Below are positions 1 through 12,200 of a stretch of 64,000 bases of DNA, piece by piece. This stretch comes from Lingula anatina. Lineage: Eukaryota > Animalia > Brachiopoda. The stretch covers positions 18,166,001-18,230,000 of the forward strand of contig CM120640.1 in NCBI GenBank assembly GCA_051362555.1, in the 5' to 3' direction. Below the pieces are notes generated by a model, which was not told where the DNA came from, made no database searches, and saw only the letters and a program-made list of their open reading frames with translations. Positions within the stretch are counted from its first letter, which is position 1. Every line of letters begins with the position of its first letter. A program made the translations under genes and the position numbers.

Positions 1-262
1 AAGAGGGTTCGATCTCGGTTTGCTTTGTGGCCAAATTATTTACACTTTGCTTGATGTCTGAGTGCCAGATAGAGGGAGTCTGGGCTCTCCTTTTTGGTCG
101 TGCACCAGTAGCGTTTTTATGCCCATTTTCTTTTGGAGAAATTTCGACCGCCAGAACCCCTTGCTTGCTATCAGCTGTTTGCTTCATCATGCATTCTGCT
201 GTTTGTGCTTTACGTTTGGTCATAGCTTGTTTTTCTGACACCAGGTTAGAATATTCCTCTGC
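1..262 (-). CDS. Exon of giant gene, truncated by the window edge (AEEYSNLVSEKQAMTKRK...KQTEIEPS)
   Basis: TAG acceptor at 263-265; open frame to position 1; runs into an IEPx motif like the other exons. Confidence 0.7.
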
Positions 263-3200
263 CTATAACAAGCATGGTGGTATATTTTAATAAATTACAT
301 TTATATATGTTTTAATTAAAATTACAAAAATCAATAGAAGCTATGTTTAAAATCATGATAACGAAATAAGGACCAATAAATCAAAAAGTTCATGAACAAA
401 CTGAGAACTATGATATTCCTTTAATGTCGTACCTGTTCCTTTACCCCCTTTGTAAAAGTTTTATTCTTTTCCCTGTTGATGTGCTTAACCACCGGAATAT
501 ATGGCTTTTTAGCACTCTGGTTTTGCACCACATCATTTCTCTGTGATTCTTCTCTTTCTTTTAATAAGCTGGCTTTGCTTACAACTACTTTATCTGATTG
601 TAATTTTAGTGGCTTAGATTTATCCACCTGTAATAAGAACGTCACTAAATTAAATATACAAATTCCAAACATTATTAGTCAGTTGTTCTCTGCTTAACCT
701 GAGGGATACATAAAACCCACATCAGGGGCTGACCAATGATTATTTGAAGGGGGGGGGGAAGAAAATTTTTGATACTTTGAAAGACAAACGTTGCCATTTG
801 GTGCGGTTTATAACTACGATTCAGCTAGTCAATTTTCGAACTTCAAAAGGGGAATATTAGACGCAAGTAAAAAAAAAAAAGTAAAAACCAAAATATTGAT
901 GAACCAAAGAACATTATTTGGTCTTCATAATAAGATTTAAAGAGAAAATCTTGTGAAAACTTATTTAGAAAGAAAGAAAGTATATTGTGCCATTTATAAT
1001 AGAAGTAGTAATATAAAAAAGCTGGTCAAGAAATGAGCATCAGGAACGTTTGGTTATAACCCGAAGATAAAGCGTGTGTGTCAATAATTGTTTACCTCAG
1101 TTTCCAGTAAAGTGGCTTCAAACTTAATTTGTTCCACTGTCAAAGAGGAACGTTTTTGGATGCACAGAATTCTACTCGTTACTTGTCCCTCTTTCTTCAT
1201 ATGTTGACTGACACTATCCACTTCCTCTTTTCCATCATCTGTGCTTCTTTTGACCTGTTTTTCCTTGTCAACAGTAACAACGCTGGCTTTGAGGATGCCT
1301 GGTTCTCTTAAGTGTTTGGTTTCCGGAATTTCCATAAAGCTTTTAGTGGTCTTTGCCTTAATAAATAATAATGGCTTGATAATGGCTTGATAAAATTATA
1401 ATGGCCTGATCAAGCATGCAACAAGTTATTTATAAAAATGAAAAGTTTTAATGAAGAAAATTAAATCATAACGCTTTAATGATTGATATTGGTTTAATTT
1501 AGTCATCATGTGTACAGGCTTACCTCAGTGTCCAGCAAAATGGGTTCAATCTTTAATTGTTTGGAATTTTGGATGCAGGATCCTTGGCCCAGATCTCCTT
1601 TCTTCGCATTTTGATTGACGTAGTCATTCGCATTGTATTCGGGATTGCTCACCACAGTTGGAAGTGACGGATGGTAGGACCTTTGTTCTACTGAGTCAGT
1701 CACAGCTGTAACTTCTTTTTCTGCTAGAAGATTGGGGGGCTTGGATATTTCTCCCTGTAATAAAAATGTCAGTCTCTTTAATAAACATTTTCCAAATATT
1801 ATAAGTTACAAGAATTTATTTTTTTCATCCAGATGGCATAAGTACGGCGGCAAAGACACCACATCACTAACCCCATGTGTCTTGTCTTCACCTGAGTTTT
1901 GGACACCTCATCCAATAAATTTAAAATGGCCATGCTTAAAATCTATTTAAGAAAATGATGGCTTTCGAGTCAAAAAAATTAAAAAGCCTTTAACTGCCAA
2001 GTATGTAATTTACAAACTTATTGCCTTTCATTTAAAATCATACCTGTAGGGTTTTTACCTCGTTTTCCAGGGGACTGGTTTTAATCTGTCTTTCTCTGTT
2101 GAGAGTTTCAACCACCAGAACTTCGTGCTTCCTGGCATTAAGCTCTTTTGTCCCTTCCAATGTTTCTGCCTTAGATATAGGTCCCATCAATAATATGCTA
2201 GGGTTTATCAGGTCTTCTATGATGGAGGACACGACATTGTCAGGTAAGACAAGTGTTTTTCCATGGAAACTCTGTCTTAGCGAAATAATGCTTGGATCGA
2301 TGTCCACAGGAGAAATAGAAAGTCTCATGGTCTCACTTTGACTTTGCGATATTTCTTTTTTCATGTCTTCTTTCGTGCTGCTATCAAACTGCATTTTGTC
2401 CTTAATCATAGATACTTCAGCTTTGGGGATGTCAAGCTCTCTTGAATGATCTGTCTCAGCTACTTGTAAACAGCTCCGGATTTTCTTGGCCTATATTTAT
2501 AAGATTTTATCATTAATGATCAAGTAAACTAGAGGATCAGAGATGCGATACTGCCTACGGATATTGTACCACCAGCTGGAGTTAGCGCATTCGTATGGAA
2601 ATCCCCCCCCAAAAAAGGGACACCACCATCAGTCTTGTGCTTGACAAGCTCTATAAAATGCCATCAACAAGAGTTCTCAAAATATGCAAAAAAATGCGAA
2701 AAAATACAACTGAAAATGGTACAGTCAAGCAGATTTTCGAATTGATCTGTATTTTCCTAAAATTGATCACTCCTGTGATTTTCTAGACAATAGGCCCATT
2801 GGTTTCTCTTGAAATATGTGTTGTCAGTGTTGCATATATGCTGACAAAAGAGAAAACCTAGGGGCACCACTGGGCATTGCTCTGCTAGTTTTGAAAATAA
2901 GAAGGGCAAGAAAATATGCAAAGTTCAGTTCATGGTGAAAAAGAAGGTCAAAGGTCAATTTCAATGTCACAGTATATGACTTCCTATTCAAGTTCAATAG
3001 TTACCATGGGCATTTTCTTTACCAATTTGGAGATTTAAAGGCCAGAAAACATGCAAAGTGCAGTTCATCTTAAAAAGTATGTCAAATGTCAATTTCAAGG
3101 TCACACTTAGATTGCCAGTGTATGACTTCCTATACAAGTTTAATAGTAACTATGGGCGTATCTCTGCCAGTTTTTGAGATATAAGGGAAAAAAAATTTGC

Positions 3201-6200
3201 AAAGGTCAGTTCATGGTGAAAAGTAGATCAAAAGTCTATTTCAGGGTCACAGTTAGATTGCCAGTATATGACTTCCTATTCAAGTTCAATAATAACTATG
3301 GGCGTATCTTTGCCGTTTTTGGAGATATAAAGATCAGAAAATTTGCAAAGTGCAGTTTATCATGAAAAATAGGTCAAAGGTCAATTTCAAGGTCACAGTT
3401 AGATTACCCGCATATGACTTATTATTAAACTTCAATAGTAACTATAGAAATATCTCTACCAGTTTTGAAGACAAAGGGAAAGAAAATTTGCAAATTTCAG
3501 TTCATGATAAAAAGTAGGTCAAAGATCAATTTACAGGTCACACTTAGATTGCCAGTAAATGACTTCCTATACAAGTTTAATAGTAACTATGGGTGTATCT
3601 CTGCCAGTTTTGGAGATATAAGGGAAACCTTGCATAGTGCGGTTCATGGTGAAAAGTAGGTCAAAGGTCAAATATAAAGTCACAGTTACATTGCCAATAT
3701 ATGACTTCCTATTCAAATTTAATAGTAACTATGGGCGTATCTTTGCCAGTTTTGAAAGTATAAGCACTGAAAAAGTTGCAAAGTTCAGTACATGGTGAAA
3801 AGTAGGTTAATGGCAATTTTAAGGTCATAGTTAGATGCCAGTATATGACTTCCTATTCAATTTCTATAGTAACTATGGGCCTATCTCTGCCAGTTTTGGA
3901 GATAAAAGAGATGGAAAATTTGCAAAGTTCAGTTCATGATGAAAAGTAGGTTAAAGGTCAATTTAAAGGTCACACTTAGATTGCAATTATATGACTTCCT
4001 ATTCAAATTCAATAGTAACTATGGGCGTATCTTTGTCAGTTTTGTAAGTATAAGCACTGAAAAATTTGCAAAGTTCAGTTCATGATGAAAAGTAGGTTAA
4101 AGGTCAATTTAAAGGTCACACTTAGATTGCAATTATATGACTTCCTATTCAAATTCAATAGTAACTATGGGCGTATCTTTGTCAGTTTTGTAAGTATAAG
4201 CACTGAAAAAGTTGCAAAGTTCACTTCATGGTGAAAAGTAGGTCAAAGGTCAATTCTAAGGTCACAGTTAGATTGCCAGTATATGACTTTCTATCCAAGT
4301 TCAATAGTAACTATGAGCGTTTCCTTGCCAGTACGTTTTGGAGATATAAGGGACAGAAAAGTTGCAAACTTTAGATTTTAGTGAAAAGTAGGTCAAAGGT
4401 CAATTTCAAGAACACAGATTGCCAGTATAAGAGTTCCTATTCAACTTCAGTAAAAACTATGGGCCTATCTATGCCAGTTTTGGAGATATAAGAAACTTAA
4501 ATGTTGCAAAGTCCAGTTCATGGTGAAAAGTAGGTCACAGGTCAATTTCAAGGTCACTGTTAAATTGCCAGTATATGACTTCCTATTCAACTTCAATAGT
4601 AACTATGGACCTATCTCTACTAGTTTTGGAGATATAAGGGACTAAATGTTACAATTTTGTAGTTACAATAATGTGCCATAAAATTCCTACAGAAGAAATT
4701 AATTGAAATAAAGAAAAGGTCATTTTGGTTGAAATTCTTGATATGGGAGGTTCTCAGAAATTCAAGATGTTCTAATTTCATGAAATGATGTCATTTTTGA
4801 CCAGAAGTTGTCTGCTTCACCAAGTCTTGTTATCTTTTCCAGACGTTCAAAATTTTATGCATATTACCTTATTGCACATTTTACTTTCACCAGCACAATG
4901 CACTTTGTGATACAGCATAACTTGTAAACCGTATGAAAAACAAAAAACAGAGACCACCTCCAGTGTTGGGCTTGACATGCTCTATCAAATGCAAAAAACA
5001 AGGGGTCTCTATTTTGGCATCCAATGGCTGCTGCTCCTGTGAAAATGCACCGATTGACCTCAAACTCACGGAGATGAAAGATGACCTGATGGGTAACACC
5101 TGCCAATAAAATTATAGGTAAAGTCTGTGTAGTGTCTGAATTGTAGCGCAAATAATTTTTTTTTTTGTAAAAAATTCTTTTTTTTTTTTTTGAAAATTTT
5201 GGCCCATTTCACCTTGAAATAAAGGTCAAAGGTCAAATACAAGGGCATATTTGAAATCTCCACATATGATTTTCGGTCGGTTGTCTGTAGAAAATTCTCC
5301 CATAATTCCTATGGCAGATAATTAGCATTTAATTTTGCCAATTTTGGACAAGGCTGCATTGCAATGAGTGCCACACCTAGACCCCAGCACCAACAAAGCC
5401 CACATTTTATGTGGGGTGAGTTGAAATTATAGGTGACCTAAATCCAAGAGATGGGTACACAGGCCCTTGTAGTCTAGGAGGAAAAGCAGTAATGGTAACA
5501 TGACGGAGGAGCAGGCGGAACGATCCGGACCAGATTAAAACCATGTGTACCGCCAGCACCTACGCTGGTGGTACAATAACAAGTTCTCCAAAAGATTGAA
5601 AACAAATTTATGAAGCAAAGTTCACGATTTGGTCTTTATCATATGATATGAAAAAATATTGGCAAACATTTCTTATCAGAGTTAATGTACTTATGACTCT
5701 GAGAAATACATAGTACCACTTATTATTAAAGATGCAAATATCACAAATAGCTGGTAAAATGAACTTCAGAAACGTTTGGTGATAACCCGAAGAAAAAGTG
5801 TGTGTCAGTAATTGTTTACCTCAGTTTTCGGCAAAGTGGGTTCAATCTTATCTTGTTCCATTGTCAAAGAGGAACGTTTTTGGATGCATGGAATTTTACT
5901 TGTTTCTCGTCCCACGTTCTTCATATTTTGATTCACACTATCCACTTCCTCTTTTCCTTCATCCATGTATCTTTTGACCTGTTTTTCTTTGTCAGCTGTG
6001 ATAACGCTGGCTTTGGCGATGCTTGATTCTCTTAACTGTTTGGTTTCAGGTATTTCCATTAAGCTTTTGGTATTTTTTGCCTTAAGCAATGATTGATAAT
6101 GGCATATTAGTGATAAAATATACAAAAACCTCTTTTTAAAAGCAAGGTTTCTAATGAACAAAAATTCATAACGACTTAATAAATGATTTTGGCCCATTTC

Positions 6201-9200
6201 TGATCAAGTTTGCAACATGTTTATAAAAATGAAAAGCTTTAAGTAAATTATAGCATGCGTCTTCAGCAGCTGATTTCATGACAAACATTAAGAATGTTAA
6301 TTTCATCAGTATATGTATTCTAACCCATGAAAAATCCAATTCATCCCTTAAAACAGGGCATGCAACTATATCAAAGCTGTTAAAAATGAAAGACATTTGA
6401 CATTTCCTAAATTACTTACCTCAGTTTCCTGCAAAGTGGGTTTGATCCTTAATTGTTCAGAGGCCATAGATGTACTTTTTTGGATGCAGGGTACTTGGTC
6501 CATATCGTCTTTTTTCAATGCTTGTGCTTTAGATACAGGTCCCATCAGTAAAATGCTAGGGTCTATCAAGTCTTCTATGATGGAGGACATGACATTGTCA
6601 GGGAAGACGAGTGTTTTTCCATGGAAACTCTGTCTTAACAAATTAATGTTTGAATCAATGTCCACAGGAGAAACAAAAAGACTCATGGTCTCACTTTGAC
6701 TTTGCAGTGTTTCTTTTTTCCTGTCTTCTTTCGTGCTGCCAACAAACTCTCCAGAATCTTCTGTCTCAGCTACATGTAAAATGCTCTGGATTTTCTTGGC
6801 CTATATTTATAAGATTTTATCATTAATGATCAAGTAAATAACAAGTTCTACAAAAAAAATGAAAACAAATTTACAAAGCAAAGTTCACAATTTGGTCTTT
6901 ATCATATGATATGTAAAAATATTGACAAAAATTTCTTATACATGTAAGACTTAATGTACTTATGACTCTGAGAAATGCATAGTACCACTTATTATTAAAG
7001 ATGCAAATATCACAAATAGCTGGTAAAATGAACTTCAGAAACATTTGGTTATAACCCAAAGAAAAAGTGTGTCAGTAATTGTTTACCTCAGTTTTCGGCA
7101 AAGCGGGTTCAATCTTATCTTGTTCCATTGTCAAAGAGGAACGTTTTTGGATGCATGGAATTTTACTTGTTTCTTGTCCCATATTCTTCATATTTTGATT
7201 CACACTATCCACTTCCTCTTTTCCATCATCCGTGTATCTTTTGACCTGTTTTTCTTTGTCAGCTGTGATATCGCTGGCTTTGGCGATGCTTGATTCCCAT
7301 AACTGTTTGGTTTCAGGTATTTCCATTAGGCTTTTGGTATTTTTTGCCTTAAGCAATGATTGATAATGGCATATGAGTGATAAAATATACAAAAATCTCT
7401 TTTTAAAAGCAAGGTTTCTAATGAACAAAAATTCATAACGACTTAATAAATGATTTTGGCCCATTTCTGATCAAGTTTGCAACATGTTTATAAAAATGAA
7501 AAGCTTTAAGTAAATTATAGCGTGCGTCTTCAGCAGCTGATTTCATGAGAAACATTAAGAATGTTAATTTCATCAGTATATGTATTCTAACCCATGAAAT
7601 CCAATTCATCCCTTATAACAGGGCATCCAACTATATCAAAGCTGTTAAAAATGAAAGACATTTGACATTTCCTAAATTACTAACCTCAGTTTCCCGCAAA
7701 GTGGGTTCGATCCTTAATTGTTCAGAGGCCATAGATGTAGTTTTTTGGATGCAGGGTACTTGCTCAATATCGTCTTTTTTCAATGCATGTGCTTTAGATA
7801 AAGGTCCCATCAATAAAATGCTAGGGTCTATCAAGTCTTCTATGATGGAGGATACAACATTGTCAGGGAAGACGAGTGTTTTTCCATGGAAACTTTGTCT
7901 TAACAAATTAATGTTTGAATCGATGTCCATAGGAGAAACAGAAAGACTCATGGTCTCACTTTGACTTTGCAGTGTTTCTTTTTTCCTGTCTTCTTTCGTG
8001 CTGCCAACAAACTCTCCAGAATCTTCTGTCTCAGCTACATGTAAAATGCTCTGGATTTTCTTGGCCTATATTTATTAGATTTTATCATTAATGATCAAGT
8101 AAATAACAAGTTCTACAAAAAAATGAAAACCAATTTACAAAGCAAAGTTCACAATTTGGTCTTTGTCATATGATATGAAAAAATACTGACAAAAATTTCT
8201 TATACATGTAAGACTTAATGTACTTATGACTCTGAGAAATGCATAGTACCACTTTTTATTAAAGATGCAAATATCACAGATAGCTGGTAAAATGAACTTC
8301 AGAGACGTTTGGTTATAACCCGAAGAAAAAGTGTGTGTGTCATTTATTGTTTACCTCAGTTTTCGGCAAAGCGGGTTCAATCTTATCTTGTTCAATTGTC
8401 AAAGAGGAACGTTTTTGGATGCATGGAATTTTACTTGTTTCTTGTCCCACATTCTTCATATTTTGATTCACACTATCCACTTCCTCTTTTCCATCATCCG
8501 TGTATCTTTTGACCTGTTTTTCTTTGTCAGCTGTGATATCGCTGGCTTTGGCGATGCTTGATTCCCTGAACTGTTTGGTTTCAGGTATTTCCATTAGGCT
8601 TTTGGTATTTTTTGCCTTAAGCAATGATTGATTATAGCATATTAGTGATCAAATATACAAAAAGCTAATTTTAAAAGCAGACCAAAATTCATAACAACTT
8701 AATAAATGATTTTGGCCCATTTCTGATCAAGTTTGCAACATGTTTATAAAAATGAAAAGCTTTAAGTAAATTATAGCGTGCGTCTTCAGCAGCTGATTTC
8801 ATGAGAAACATTAAGAATGTTAATTTCATCAGTATATGTATTCTAACCCATGAAATCCAATTCATCCCTTATAACAGGGCATCCAACTATATCAAAGCTG
8901 TTAAAAATGAAAGACATTTGACATTTCCTAAATTACTAACCTCAGTTTCCGGCAAAGTGGGTTTGATCCTTAATTGTTCAGAGGCGATAGATGTAGTTTT
9001 TTGGATGCAGGGTACTTGCTCCATATCGTCTTTTTTCAATGCATGTGCTTTAGATAAAGGTCCCATCAATAAAATGCTAGGGTCTATCAAGTCTTCTATG
9101 ATGGAGGATACAACATTGTCAGGGAAGACGAGTGTTTTTCCATGGAAACTCTGTCTTAACAAATTAATGTTTGAATCGATGTCCACAGGAGAAACAGAAA

Positions 9201-12200
9201 GACTCATGGTCTCACTTTGACTTTGCAGTGTTTCTTTTTTCCTGTCTTCTTTCGTGCTGCCAACAAACTCTCCAGAATCTTCTGTCTCAGCTACATGTAA
9301 AATGCTCTGGATTTTCTTGGCCTATATTTATTAGATTTTATCATTAATGATCAAGTAAATAACAAGTTCTACAAAAAAATAAAAACAAATTTACAAATCA
9401 AAGTTCACAATTTGGTCTTTGTCATATGATATGAAAAAATATTGACAAAAATTTCTTATACATGTAAGACTTAATGTACTTATGACTCTGAGAAATGCAT
9501 AGTACCACTTTTTATTAAAGATGCAAATATCACAAATAGCTGGTAAAATGAACTTCAGAAAGGTATGGTTATAACCTGAAGAAAAAGTGTCAGTAATTGT
9601 TTACCTCAGTTTTCAGCAAAGCGGGTTCAATCTTATCTTGTTCCATTGTCAAAGAGGAACGTTTTTGGATGCATGGAATTTTACTTGTTTCTTGTCCCAT
9701 ATTCTTCATATTTTGATTCACACTATCCACTTCCTCTTTTCCATCATCCGTGTATCTTTTGACCTGTTTTTCTTTGTCAGCTGTGATATCGCTGGCTTTG
9801 GCGATGCTTGATTCCCATAACTGTTTGGTTTCAGGTATTTCCATTAGGCTTTTTGTATTTTTTGCCTTAAGCAATGATTGATAATGGCATATGAGTGATC
9901 AAATATACAAAAACCTCTTTTTAAAAGCAAGGTTTCTAATGACCAAAATTCATAACAACTTAATAAATGATTTTGGCCCATTTCTGATCAAGTTTGCAAC
10001 ATGTTTATAAAAATGAAAAGCTTTAAGTAAATTATAGCGTGCGTCTTCAGCAGCTGATTTCATGAGAAACATTAAGAATGTTAATTTCATCAGTATATGT
10101 ATTCTAACCCATGAAATCCAATTCATCCCTTATAACAGGGCATCCAACTATATCAAAGCTGTTAAAAATGAAAGACATTTGACATTTCCTAAATTACTAA
10201 CCTCAGTTTCCGGCAAAGTGGGTTTGATCCTTAATTGTTCAGAGGCGATAGATGTAGTTTTTTGGATGCAGGGTACTTGCTCCATATCGTCTTTTTCAAT
10301 CTTATCTTGTTCAATTGTCAAAGAGGAACGTTTTTGGATGCATGGAATTTTACTTGTTTCTTCTCCCACATTCTTCATATTTTGATTCACACTATCCACT
10401 TCCTCTTTTCCATCATCCGTGTATCTTTTGACCTGTTTTTCTTTGTCAGCTGTGATATCGCTGGCTTTGGCGATGCTTGATTCCCTGAACTGTTTGGTTT
10501 CAGGTATTTCCATTAGGCTTTTGGTATTTTTTGCCTTAAGCAATGATTGATTATAGCATATTAGTGATCAAATATACAAAAAGCTAATTTTAAAAGCAAA
10601 GTTTCTAATGAACAAAAATTCATAACGACTTAATAAATGATTTTGGCCCATTTCTGATCAAGTTTGCAACATGTTTATAAAGATGAAAAGCTTTAAGTAA
10701 ATTATAGCGTGCGTCTTCAGCAGCTGATTTCATGACAAACATTAAGAATGTTAATTTCATCAGTATATGTATTCTAACCCATGAAATCCAATTCATCCCT
10801 TATAACAGGGCATCCAACTATATCAAAGCTGTTAAAAATGAAAGACATTTGACATTTCCTAAATTACTTACTTCAGTTTCCGGCAAAGTGGGTTCGATCC
10901 TTAATTGTTCAGAGGCCATAGATGTAGTTTTTTGGATGCAAGGTAATTGCTCCATATTGTCTTTTTTCAATGCATGTGCTTTAGATAAAGGTCCCATCAA
11001 TAAAATGCTAGGGTCTATCAAGTCTTCTATGATGGAGGATACGACATTGTCAGGGAAGAGGAGTGTTTTTCCATGGAAACTCTGTCTTAACAAATTAATG
11101 TTTGAATCGATGTCCACAGGAGAAACAGAAAGACTCATGGTCTCACTTTGACTTTGCAGTGTTTCTTTTTTCCTGTCTTCTTTCGTGCTGCCAACAAACT
11201 CTCCAGAATATTTTGTCTCAGCTACATGTAAAATGTTCTGGATTTTCTTGGCCTATATTTATAAGATTTTATCATTAATGATCAAGTAAATAACAAGTTC
11301 TACAAAAAAAATGAAAACCAATTTACAAAGCAAAGTTCACAATTTGGTCTTTGTCATATGATATGAAAAAATATTGACAAAAATTTCTTATACATGTAAG
11401 ACTTAATGTACTTATGACTCTGAGAAATGCATAGTACCACTTTTTATTAAAGATGCAAATATCACAAATAGCTGGTAAAATGAACTTCAGAGACGTTTGG
11501 TTATAACCCGAAGAAAAAGTGTGTGTGTCATTTATTGTTTACCTCAGTTTTCGGCAAAGCGGGTTCAATCTTATCTTGTTCAATTGTCAAAGAGGAACGT
11601 TTTTGGATGCATGGAATTTTACTTGTTTCTTGTCCCACATTCTTCATATTTTGATTCACACTATCCACTTCCTCTTTTCCATCATCCGTGTATCTTTTGA
11701 CCTGTTTTTCTTTGTCAGCTGTGATATCGCTGGCTTTGGCGATGCTTGATTCCCTGAACTGTTTGGTTTCAGGTATTTCCATTAGGCTTTTGGTATTTTT
11801 TGCCTTAAGCAATGATTGATTATAGCATATTAGTGATCAAATATACAAAAAGCTAATTTTAAAAGCAAAGTTTCTAATGAACAAAAATTCATAACGACTT
11901 AATAAATGATTTTGGCCCATTTCTGATCAAGTTTGCAACATGTTTATAAAGATGAAAAGCTTTAAGTAAATTATAGCATGCGTCTTCAGCAGCTGATTTC
12001 ATGACAAACATTAAGAATGTTAATTTCATCAGTATATGTATTCTAACCCATGAAATCCAATTCATCCCTTAATACAGGGCATCCAACTATATCAAAGCTG
12101 TTAAAAATGAAAGACATTTGACATTTCCTAAATTACTAACCTCGGTTTCCGGCAAAGTGGGTTCGATCCTTAATTGTTCAGAGGCCATAGATGTAGTTTT

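Noticed and set aside
723-900. CAGGGGC...G-run segment resembling a DNA transposon end
   Set aside because: No matching second terminus or TSD found, so it cannot be delimited
3174-3659. Short ORFs MRYKGKKICK... and MKTKGKKICK...
   Set aside because: Chance frames within the 146-bp satellite, whose period is not a multiple of 3
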